Source: Carcharhinus amblyrhynchos
Taxonomy: Eukaryota
Direction of reading: 5' to 3'
NCBI GenBank assembly: GCA_965287045.1
Contig: OZ336878.1
Location: 43,586,001-43,650,000, forward strand
Length of the DNA stretch: 64,000 bases
The notes beneath the pieces were generated by a model. That model ran no database searches. It had not been told where the DNA came from and saw only the letters and a program-made list of their open reading frames with translations. This document shows positions 1 through 9,955 of this stretch, piece by piece. How positions within the stretch are numbered: position 1 is the first letter of the stretch; each line of letters opens with the position of its first letter. The position numbers and the translations under genes were made by a program.

Positions 1-286
1 CACCCATGCAGCATCAAGGACCTGGGTTCGATTCCAGGCTTGGGTCACTGGCTGTGTGGAGTCTGCATGCTCCCCTCCCGCTGTCTGAGTGGCTTTCCTC
101 CGGGTGCTCCGGTTTCCTCCCACAGTCCGAAAGAGGTGCTGTTAGGTGCATTGGCCATGCTAAATTCTCCATCGGTGTACCTGAACAGGCACTGGAATGT
201 GGCGACTAGGGGATTTTTCACAGTGACTTCATTGCTCTGTTAATGTAGGCCTACTTGTTACACTAATAAGTAAACTTTAAACTTTC
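1..286 (+). mobile_element. tRNA-derived V-SINE (HE1-like), tail type B
   Basis: B-box GGTTCGATTCC, V-domain 'tttcctccgggtgctccggtttcctcccacagtcc', tail 'gggatttttcacagtgacttcattgc...ctaataagtaaactttaaacttt'; 5' end cut by window edge. Confidence 0.8.
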
Positions 287-390
287 TCCCCTATGTACTC
301 AATGAACAGTATACTTTGTCTGTATGATGCACAAGAAGCAATACTTTCCACTGTATACCAATTCATGTGACAATATTAAATCAAATCAAA
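287..390 (+). mobile_element. Rex1/Babar LINE 3' tail fragment
   Basis: Similar to the 3' end at ~58440-58545 ('atactttccactgt...tgtgacaat...aaatcaaatcaaa'). Confidence 0.6.
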
Positions 391-2560
391 GATAACAGGG
401 AGGGTGGTACATCTATCAATGTGCGTCAAGGATGTTGGAGGAAAGCGCAGCGGTGTTTGGGAGAGGGTATGTGGACATGGCTTTTATTACCCCAGTTAAT
501 GTTGCAGTCTTCATGCACATGGATGCATGAATGAGAAGAGAACTCATCTCCAGAATGGGCTTCATCATGGTGGGGTGGGGGAAGTCAATGGACAGGTCAA
601 TGCTCACTACAGGGCTTCACATTGGCTGAAATGCTTAAGGCTGGAGAAACAACTAAAAGGAAATGCTGACAATTTAGCCACAGATCACCTCTGGCATACA
701 TGGTGCTGGCTCCAAGCAACCCTGTACTGTAGTCCAGCTTTGGAGAAAGTAGCAACGGCATCAACTTCCTGTCTGCCTACTATGACATTCGTTATATCTA
801 ATGAGTTGACAAGATCGAGATTGCACGTGGCTCACTGTCACACCCCCATGCAGAAATCACTCTCGTGCTGCCCCACTTTCCAAACTATACTCCAGACTGG
901 AAGCTCCAGCCTAATCTCAAGTTGCATCAAACCAGTTCACTGTAACATAAAGTGAAAAAAATGAATGCCATGCCAATTCTCCACGGTTGGTTTCTGACCT
1001 TGGCCTGGGACACACCAGAAAAAATGTCGAGCATTTAGGAAATTGGAGGATATTTCTCTCATTGAAGTATTAGTGCCTAGCTATACAATAATTTGGAAAA
1101 GTTTTCACATGTACCTATTACACTGGTGAGAAAATGAAAGTAAAAGATCTGGAAAAACAAAATGTTAGTCTGCACATCACATCATTTTCAGTATTATATG
1201 TGAAGTCATGACAGTAATTGAGAATAGAGCAACTAAACATTATCCACTTACCAACCGGTCAACTGGTTTAAATGGACAATAAGGAATAACTTTGTCTTCT
1301 CCTCTGCCAGATGGATTACTGGGAATTGGAGAGATGAAACTATTAAAGAATATAAACATCCATTTTTGCACTACGCGCCATAAAAAGATTCATGGCTATT
1401 CCTTAGAATCGGGCCATTTCCATTTGCTGATAGTTACTAATTCCTTCAGTTGAGCTGCAATTAGAATCCAGTCTGCTTTGCAATTCCACAATGTTGTGCT
1501 ACATTAAATAGGCCCCAGAAGAATATTTTGGTCCTTCAAAATACTTTGAGGCATTTTTAGCTTCATTCCCATGAAGGGAGCATGTAATATATTTTTTTCC
1601 CAGGAATGTGAGGGATTGTAGTTCTCAGAACTCTCTGGAGCATGGTGGGAGTGTTTGTCAATGATTTCTTTGGCATTTCTTGGCAACTTAAAACAAAATT
1701 AACGCACAAGATAAACTTTTTTTTCTCCGTCACTTCTACTTTTGTATTGGATTCCATATTATTTTGATCTTAATTTCTAATAGTAAACTTGTCCAGTCCA
1801 AAAGCAAAATACTGGGGATGCTGGAAATCTGAAATAAAAACTGAAAATGCTAAACAACTTGAAGTGAAGAGGGGAGGTTGAGCGGGGGTGAAGGGAAGAT
1901 GTGTTATCTCATGCTAGAGTTGGCAGAACTGGTGAAGGATGAGGTTACTTAAAACTTACCTTTTTAGGCTTCCTTCTTGCTCCAGGCCATTTCCTTGCAA
2001 GCCACAAAACATAGAGACTCATAACCCAGCACAGTTCTCTGCATGCGGTGTCAGCCACATGTGTCATTAGTTGAAGGTAAGCCGCAGGAAACCATTACCC
2101 ATGTAATAGTTAACCCACTTAATCTTTAGCCTAAAAAATGGACTCCAAAATTGAACACTTACACAAGTATATATGGTACTAATTCATTGACACAATGAAA
2201 AATAATACATTGTCCCGTTGCCCCTCTGCACCCCCACAACCCTCGCCAGCCACTGGTCATAAGAAGGTCTTGGAATCAGGGAATTGATGGGCCAAATGGC
2301 TTCCTCTTGTGTCATAAATGTTCCAAAATTAATTAAATTGCATTGGATTGTAACCGTTCAGCAGATTCCTTGTTTCCTATGATACTTTTTTCTTATTTTT
2401 AAAGCAAACAAAATATTGGCAAAAAATGTGTAATGCAAGGTCATTTGAGAATGAAATTATATCAATCTGATTAACAATTTCTGAAAGTGTAGATCATTGA
2501 CGAAGACTCTCACACAAAAATAATATGCATTTCTAATTACACACAGTACATTAATTGCAG

Positions 2561-2762
2561 GTGGAGCATTTAGACAAGGCTTCTCCCTATATCCTCATCA
2601 ATCAAAGCCCAACTATAATTGACAATCTGAGAGATGGACGTTTTGGCATCTACATCACTGCCCGGAACTTAAAAGCCTCAGATGTGGACAGCAAAGATGA
2701 GGAGCTGATTTACACAATTCTCCGTCCACCTTACTATGGATATTTGGAAAGTACAACCACAG
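2561..2762 (+). CDS. FREM1: FREM1-family gene, first visible coding exon (last CSPG repeat)
   Basis: ttgcag|GTG..ACAG|gtactc; VEHLDKASPYILINQSP..GRFGIYITARNLKASDVDSKDEELIYTILRPPYYGYLESTTT matches FREM1 motif GIYITSRVLKASDPDT..GHLENTTTG; phase 0/1. May be a FREM1 paralogue. Confidence 0.92.
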
Positions 2763-3663
2763 GTACTCACTTAATTGGTACAAACATGAAAATCAAAGTA
2801 GTGACTTTCTAAAGAATTATAAAATTATTGTACAGTATTGTTTACAAGTAGCAATGCAGTCAGGTGCTTTGTTATAATGTGATATCTATCGTACATTCAA
2901 TTGTCTATTTGATAATTATCTTCTTTACAAACACATTATTTCTTAATATGTTAGAGATGGAAAACATTAGTGTGACTAGATTAGACTTAAGGAATCATGC
3001 GTACAAATCAGGTAGACCCCATCAGTAAAGCTAGGTGCAGTGCCATGATGTAGATCTTTTCCCACTTGTTCTCCTGTCATTTCAGGAAGCCTGCACCTAT
3101 CATCCCAACTCCCATGTTTGAGTGGTTCCATAGAAAAATGATGAAAATTAAGTTTCTATTAGTTTCAATACATTTACTTAGATTAATTTCCTCTCCTCTA
3201 TAAAGGAACTCACGTGTTTTATGAGGATGCACTAAGAACTTTACAACATTCTCTGCAAAATCACTGCGGAATTGGTCCTATACTCATTCCAATATGATTT
3301 GCATTGTTCTTCGTATTGAAATGTGAATTTCACCTAGTTTAGGTAGATTGCTATAGGCCACTGTACTAAAATGTTGGTTACAGATCACTTACAGCTCACA
3401 ATGAGTTGGAAGAAATCAAGCAAAAGTTTCTGCGTGGCACTGAATAGGCAGCCTTTTGGCTCAGATCAAACATTAGATCAAATCCAAGATGGGGTTCAAG
3501 GCCTTATCTTGTCAGCTTGGATCATGTTTGTCTTCCTCCTGGGAACCAATTTTGGATTCAGTTGGATTTACAAATAATATGTTAATAAATGTTACTAATA
3601 TCCCTTGCTTCAGTAATGATGAAGATGAATTATTTTGATGCCAAAGGGTTTATTTTATTGCAG

Positions 3664-3808
3664 GTGGATACATTCAAGGCACATTTACCCAGATAGAGGT
3701 GGACAGACGTACAATTCGCTATATCATCAATCCCTCTATAGAAGTGACATCTGACAGTTTTGAGTTCAAAGTATCTGACACTGCAGGAAACTCGAATGCA
3801 CCAAAAAT
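3664..3808 (+). CDS. FREM1: FREM1-family exon (end of last CSPG repeat)
   Basis: ttgcag|GT..AAAAT|gtacgt; GYIQGTFTQIEVDRRTIRYIINPSIEVTSDSFEFKVSDTAGNSNAPK; phase 1/2. Confidence 0.92.
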
Positions 3809-4664
3809 GTACGTTTGTAGAATGTCCAGTCTTCCAAACATTCTTCAGGGCAATCCCAGGCTTTTGATGTTTCAGGCAAATGAAACGCAAAAAAAGTTGC
3901 ATAGTGGAATTTGTTTTTTTCCCAGATGTGCTGCCTTGAAGTGATTCTGTTCTGTTTCTGTTTCCTCAAGGGGCAGTATTTTATATTAGGTGTGCAGTGA
4001 TGGTACATCTGGAAGCATGCATTTCATTTCCGGAGTGTGTAGGGCAGTGAGGTCTTCACACCTCTGTGATTAGTTACATGCTGAGAGTGTGCAGTCATGA
4101 GAATGGGAGATCTGATGCAGCAGTAGACATAAAAGGTGTCATTACGTCTAAAGGGACACGTATGATTTCAGCGGTGGAGGTTTGCAGCAGGAAACATTAA
4201 ATGAAACAGTTAGAATTTGAAGGCCCTGAGAGTAATGCTGAGCTGGGTGCAGCAAAGGGAATTGGTCATGTTGAGGTCAGGGGGTTCTCTCTTCAGCCAC
4301 TGTTGCTTGGAAAGTGGTATCATGAACAAAAAAGCCATAAATGCAGATGAAGCAAAACTTATTAGTCACCATAGTCAATGCATCCTTTGTGCAATTGCTT
4401 CAAACGTAATGAATGGCATGGCTGCAAAAGACACTTTAACCTCAAAGAACCACATCTTGACTTTGGGTGCATGTTGAACGTTTGGTAATGCCTTTCTCAC
4501 ATAATAGAAACACAGCCACTACTCATGCTTGACACACCTAACGTCCAAGGAAACTGGATCTTCTGGTTCCCAAGTGTTTGAAATAATGACATTTTTGGGC
4601 TGGAAATGCTGGAACTTCATTGAGTGTGTTTCTTACAGCTGGTGAACTGCATGGTACTGTTGCG

Positions 4665-5417
4665 TGGCATATTGTCAGCAGGCGACGGTGCAGAGGGACC
4701 TGGGGGCCCTTGTGCATGAGTCGCAAAAACCCAGCCTACAGGTGCAGCAGGTGGTCAGGAAGGCAAATGGGATGCTGGCCTTCATAGCGAGGGGGATTGA
4801 ATATAAAAGTAGGGAGGTCTTGCTGCAACTGTACAGGGCACTGGTGAGGCCGCAGCTGGAGTACTGTGTGCAGTTTTGGTCACCGCACCTGTGCAAGGAT
4901 ATTTTGGCCTTGGAGGGAGTGCAGAGGAGGTTCACTAGGCTGATACCGGAGTTGAGGGGGTTGAGCTATGAGGAGAGGCTGAATAGACTGGGTTTGTACT
5001 CGTTAGAGTTTAGAAGGATGAGGGGAGATCTCATTGAGACGTATAAGATGATGAATGGGATGGAGAGGGCAGAGGTGGAGAGGTTCTTCCCGCTCAGAAA
5101 GGACAGCAGGACTGGAGGGCACAGCCTCAAGATAAGGGGAGGGACAGTTTAGAACGGAGTTGAGGAGGAACTTCTTCACTCAAAGGGTGGTGAATCTCTG
5201 GAATTCTCTGCCCGTTGAAGTGGTTGAGGCTACCTCGCTAAATATATTTAAGACGCGGGTAGATATGTTTTTGGTAGGCAAGGGGATTAAGGGTTATGGG
5301 GAGAAAGCGGGAAAGTGGAACTGAGCCACAACAGATCAGCCATGATCTTATTGAATGGCGGGGCAGGCTCAAAGGGCTAGATGGCCTACTCCTGCTCCTA
5401 TTTCTTATGTTCTTATG
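4665..5417 (+). mobile_element. CR1 LINE 3' fragment inserted in the 3' LTR
   Basis: ORF2 end QRDLG..LYRALVRPQLEYCVQFWSP..RRMRGDLIETYK; tail 'cctactcctgctcctatttcttatgttcttatg'. Confidence 0.95.
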
Positions 5418-5546
5418 TACTTGACTGCAGTGTAGCAGTAAATATGGCACCCCAGATGTTCCTTCAGATCACAATTAGTTCCAAGCTCTCAAGAATAATA
5501 TATATATTGGAAGAGCATAATATATCCCTTTCTTTCAAAAAATATT

Positions 5547-6635
5547 GGGGGCGATTCTTCCAAAAGTGCTGAATTGGTGGAAAAACTTGTAGATCGCGAC
5601 TGTTTATTCAGCGTAACTTTAGACCTGAATCGGTGCAATGCAGAGGTCACAATCTTGAATCTCATTAAAAATCTGGGGGGGGGGTGGTGGGGTGGTGGTG
5701 GGGGCCTATTCACACTGGAATCTGACAGTTCCGGAACTCTGCGCATGCACAGTGGCCCCGGTCTGTCAGCCTCCCCATTTGCTGGCCAGCTCAATCGCTG
5801 GCCAGCCTGGGACCCCCGCAATGCTGCCCCTCCAGCACCCCCCATGATTCAATTGCAGCCCCCACAACAATTTCCAGGCCAACCCTGACCCTCCCCCCCC
5901 GCCCCCACCCCCCATCAAGCACTCTGATGTCCAGTCCACCCCAGCAGTGGTGATCCCCCCCCGCCCAGGGTCAGAGCCCCTCTGTTCACCACCCCCCCAT
6001 CCCCGGGAGGCAGGCCGCACCAATCACTGTCTTCCTTCCATGCCAGACAGATCCCAATGCAGAGAAGCAGCAGGACCCCACAACCCCACCAATCTCCCCT
6101 AGGCTCCGCCCAGAATAGACCATGCCCCTGACATCCAATGGGCAGTGCCAAGATACCCCCTGGGCATGGGCACTTTGCCCCTTGGGTAGCACCAGGGCCA
6201 CAGGCTGGCACTGCCAGAATGCGCACGCCCAGGGGTACCACCCCCCTGCACCCGACCCCCTGGGGGGGCGCCGACTGCCTCCCCTTCATTCAGGCAGGGT
6301 CTCCTGCTAGTTCCTGAATGTGGGAAGCTACTCTAAAACCCAGCTGGAATGAAGTATTCCTGGCCGGATGGGAGATTCTATCGGGCTCGGCAAGTTCTGT
6401 GCCGGGCCTGATAATCAAATGTAAAATTTATTTAAAATACTTCAAAAAAAGATTAAAATCACTTATCTCTCTTTCCGTCGGTTTCCAGCACGGTCTCGAC
6501 TTCGACTGTTCGATGGCTCTGGGAGATATGCATTCATCATGAAGGCATGTGCAAATCCTGCGAAATGGCTGACACACAATTTTCTATACCGAACCCACCA
6601 GAAAAGTTATGGGTCACAATGGGAGAATCGAGCCC
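5547..6635. mobile_element. GC-rich non-autonomous DNA transposon (PIF/Harbinger-like)
   Basis: Imperfect TIRs 'gggggcgattct'/'agaatcgagccc', 3-bp TSD ATT (5544-5546, 6636-6638), no coding capacity. Confidence 0.6.
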
Positions 6636-6789
6636 ATTGTTTCAGTATCTGATCCAATCATTACCTTTTTTATGCTGTGCCTTGCCTAAAGAAGATTAAT
6701 AATTGATGTTTATAATTAAACTGAACACTTTTAGAGCCTTTGCCATGTTTCCCTTTCTCAAAAACATCAGCCACTGTATTGCTAAAATG

Positions 6790-7603
6790 TTGTGCTGCTG
6801 CTTCTGAGTTAAAGCTGCACACACTGTAGTTGGTCTTTGGCTTCTTGTCAAGCGCTTCTTCATGAATCTGCAGCTTATGTTTCTATTCCAATGCGTGCAT
6901 CTTCCTTCCACTAGTTTTTCAGCTTCCTGCTGTGCCCACTCTGCTTGGCTTCTTACATTTTCGTGTTTCCTCTTTCAAACTCTCCAGCATTTCTTGCAGT
7001 TCGTTATTGGCCTCCAGTAATCATCCTCCCACTGGGATATAGTGTTAAACTGATCTTCACTTCACCAAGTTGCTGTCTGAAGTCAGCACTATTATTCTTT
7101 TCTTCTTAAGTCTCTTCTATTTGAAACACGTGCCGCTGAAGTTTTGAGCTGAGGTCCAGGAGCTCCCTCTTGGATGCCTCCTGTGCTCACAGTGCAGCCA
7201 GCAGTTTCTCTTCAGCATGCTTCCCTGCAGCTTGCCATGTTGGCCAGAATTCTCTGGCCGCTCGTGCCCACCACTGCTGCAAGAGAGGTTGGAGAATTTG
7301 GCGCTGAGCCAAATCCCCATTCACTGCAGCGGAACCAGAGAATTCCGCTGGTATGAATGGTCAGGGAATCACAGCCCTGATGTCTTCCTCAGCCTTCAAC
7401 CTTTCCAGATCAATAATTTTATTCTTTAGTTCTAACTCTTGGAGTGTTGTAACTTTTTGGAAATCTATTTCCTCAGCTCCCTGAACTTTCTGAATTAGCT
7501 TTCTTTCCTTTTCAGTCAAGAGATTTTTGTGTTTTTCAAAATTAGCCCTGAGAGTTTAGCTATCTGGCCTCAACCCATCTATTTAGCTTTGTGTGTTATC
7601 TAT
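6790..7603 (-). pseudogene. CEP83: Intronless CEP83 (CCDC41)-like coiled-coil fragment, disrupted
   Basis: Minus-strand translation across stops and frameshifts: NTQS*IDGLRPDS*TLRANFEKHKNLLTEKERKLIQKVQGAEEIDFQKVTTLQELELKNKIIDLERLKAEED..KHAEEKLLAAL*AQEASKRELLDLSSKLQRHVFQIEET*EEKNNSADFRQQL..NNELQEMLESLKEETRKC-RSQAEWAQQEAEKLVE..KHKL..AKDQLQ..AALTQK. Colinear with recalled CEP83 (IQSELDGLQSD..LVEKDRELIRKVQAAKEE..SQAEKAQLEAEK..KHKL..AKEKLQRAAIAQK). Confidence 0.82.
7242..7377. mobile_element. ~135-bp MITE interrupting the CEP83-like segment
   Basis: Same family as 9822-9955 ('gaattctctggcc..gagaatttg.cgct.agccaaatc.cc.ttcactgc'); removing it rejoins EEDI-TWQ. Confidence 0.65.
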
Positions 7604-7619
7604 CGAAACAATGGAATTT

Positions 7620-8197
7620 TCTTCTTCTTAGGCAGTCCATCAAGGTGGAGGATGATTTGCTTCCATGTTAGAAATGAGTTCTCAGGTCCGATACATGACC
7701 TACAGTCTCTGTCATAGGTTGGGCAGATAGAGATTGGAGAAGAGGGTGGATAGGGTGCCATGTCTTCCTTTTGCATCAACGCTTGGCTTCAGCTTGCTCT
7801 CGGTGATCAAACTCAAGGTGTTCAGCTTCTTCTCAGATGCTTTTCTTCCACTTCACATGGTCTTGGGCCAGGGATTCCCAGGTGCCTGTGGGGATTTTGC
7901 ACTTTTTCAAGGAGGCTTTGAGAGTATCCGTTTCCACTGGCCTCCTGAGACTGGCTGACCGTGTCAAAGCTCTGAGAAGCTTGTTTCGAGAGCCTCCTGT
8001 CAGGCATGTAGAGAATGTGGCCAGCCCAGCAGACCTTGAACGAAGGTGATCAATACTCCAATGCTGGGGATGTTAGCCTGAGCAAGAACACTGACGCTCG
8101 TGTCTGTCCTGCCAGTGGATTTACAGGATCTTGTGGTGGTATCCTCCAAGGTTTTGAGGTACTAGCTTTTGAGCCGTATAGGAGGGCAGACATCACA
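7620..8197 (-). mobile_element. RTE-clade LINE 3' fragment
   Basis: Minus strand VMSALLYGS..IHWQDR..SVLAQANIPSI..CWAGHILYMPDRRLSKQ; (GAA)n-like tail at 7620. Confidence 0.8.
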
Positions 8198-8319
8198 TGC
8201 CATGAATTTATCCAACATGTAGGTCTGTGACTCTGGCAATCACTTTCTTGCTTCTGATTGGAAGATGCTTTTCAATGTGTGTACTGTCTTTGGTCTTAAT
8301 TGCTGCCTCCTTCCTCTGT

Positions 8320-8640
8320 TAATATAAGCTGCCGCTCTTCACAACTGCTCAGTCTCAGGATGACAGGAGCATCTACCTCATTGATGTGGAACATACCGTT
8401 AATGGCTTTTCCTGTGATTTGACTTGTTCCTAGCTGTTGTATTTCAGTTCACTCGTCTGTTGTCAGTACGACATTGCTCGGTTTCAGAGCATCTTTTCTT
8501 GGATAACCATTTTCTTTCAATTTTCAGACAAAATTTTCTGGCATAGATCGAACGGGATGATGTTACTCTATTGTCTGGTATTGATCTTCAGATTGGCGCT
8601 TGTCGACTTGTTTTTCATCTGTCCCCTGATCAGAATGGTT
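8320..8640 (-). pseudogene. Gypsy aspartic protease remnant
   Basis: LKINTRQ*SNIIPFDLCQKI (decayed KIDTGAQxNILP, site at 8574-8582), LKPSNVVLT..IQQLG, PVILRLSSCEERQLI. Confidence 0.7.
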
Positions 8641-8691
8641 GTGTGAATCGCTTTCCTGTGGGAAGTGTCATATCCAGACAATTTATACAAT

Positions 8692-8761
8692 TCGCTCTCT
8701 GCTCTCTTCACAGATGCTGCCACGCCTGCTGAGATTTTCCAGCATTTTCTGTTCTTATTTC
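8692..8761 (+). mobile_element. Penelope-like terminal-repeat fragment (family 2)
   Basis: 'cacagatgctgcc..cctgctgagattttccagcattttctg' shared with 22830-22870 and 59470-59520. Confidence 0.55.
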
Positions 8762-8879
8762 ATGAAATTATACCATTCCTATGTCTACTGTTTTCTCAAA
8801 TTGTCATCATCTTCCAGAGTATGGATGTTTTGCTTTCTTTTCCTTCCCGTTCTACCTGTAGCTCTGACTCTGATGACTC

Positions 8880-9585
8880 ATTTCTCATCTTCGTTCCTTG
8901 TTCTGCACACCTCTAACCAGCATTCAGCCTTGGCACAATCTCTAAAATTTGATCTGTAAGCGTGACATTTTTTTCTGTCTGTGAAAACATGTAGTCACTC
9001 ACGACTCCTGTACATCTTTCTCCCTATTAGGTGTATGTTCCTTTGTGGCTTTTTCATTGCCCCAACCCAGCTGCCTTTCTTTGGCTTAACTGTAGACTAA
9101 CCATTTACATAGTCAGCATTTATGTCTTGACTACTCCTGGTAGTGTGTATATCCTGCAAAATTGTGAGCTTGTGCTTTTTAATCAAATTTTGTTTGTACT
9201 TCAGGATATGCAGAGCCCCACATGAGCTGATCTCTCAGCCTTTCACCTATTCTGTGAAATGTGCATTTCCTGACTGTACTCTTCAATCACTTGAGGGGAT
9301 TCATTTCTTCAGTTCACTCTAGGGGATTTTCACAGTAATTTCATTGAATGTTAATGTAAGCCTATTTGTGATGCTAATAAATAAACGTTAAAACTTTAAC
9401 CTCAATCTTGTTAAATTAAACAAGTTTCTCCTGCCCACAGAAGGATGTAACTGACCCTTTCCTTTCCACTATTGCCTTTTAGAAAGCTGTTAGATGTCAG
9501 TTTGCACTTTTGTTTAAACTTCTCAAATGCCTCCACAACCTCACCAGCTTCCCAAATTCATTTTGGGCTGCAGCTGAACTTTCAT
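8880..9585 (-). pseudogene. Gypsy gag remnant with Zn-knuckle relics
   Basis: MKVQLQPKMN-WEAGEVVEAFEKFKQKCKLTSNSFLKGNSGKERVSYILLWAGE; VRKCTFHRIGERLRDQLMWGSAYPEVQ; KCHAYRSNFRDCAKAECWLEVCR (decayed CPAYGxxCxxCGKxNHWxxVCR); SINE tail inserted at ~9318-9400. Confidence 0.78.
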
Positions 9586-9821
9586 TACTGCAACAGTAGC
9601 TATTTTCTTTTCACACTATTCACTCCGTTTTATTTTCACAATCTCTCTTTGGGCGCTAATTCAGATTGATTTTTCTCAATCTAATTTAACATTTGGAATG
9701 TTTGAGTTCTGGCCGTCCACTGTTGCCATGTTCTGTCGGGGGTTCCCAAGAGTTTGAAACAATCACACTTTCAGATTCAAAATGCTGGAACTTTGTTCCG
9801 TGCGCTCCATACAACACCCTG

Positions 9822-9955
9822 ACCGGAATTCTCTGGCCATTCAGTCCCCACCGCCACTGCCAGACAGGACAGAGAATTTGACGCTCAGCCAAATCTCCCT
9901 TCACTGCGGCGGGATGGGAGAATCCCGCTGACATGAACAGCCAGAGAGTTCCACT
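9822..9955. mobile_element. ~135-bp MITE inserted in the 5' LTR
   Basis: Similar to 7242-7377. Confidence 0.6.

Noticed and set aside
416-955. ORFs 527-955(+) and 416-607(-)
   Set aside because: No recognisable domain or splice context
1290-1400. Good-looking acceptor 'ctcctctgccag|ATG' as an upstream FREM1 exon
   Set aside because: No FREM1 similarity in any frame and no suitable donor
5489-6310. Gly/Pro-rich ORFs on both strands
   Set aside because: By-products of the GC-skewed interior of a non-autonomous transposon; same for 14616-15271, 17707-18172 and 45844-46296
6790-7603. Functional nested antisense CEP83 gene
   Set aside because: Several stops and frameshifts, a MITE insertion, no introns, and enclosed by LTRs
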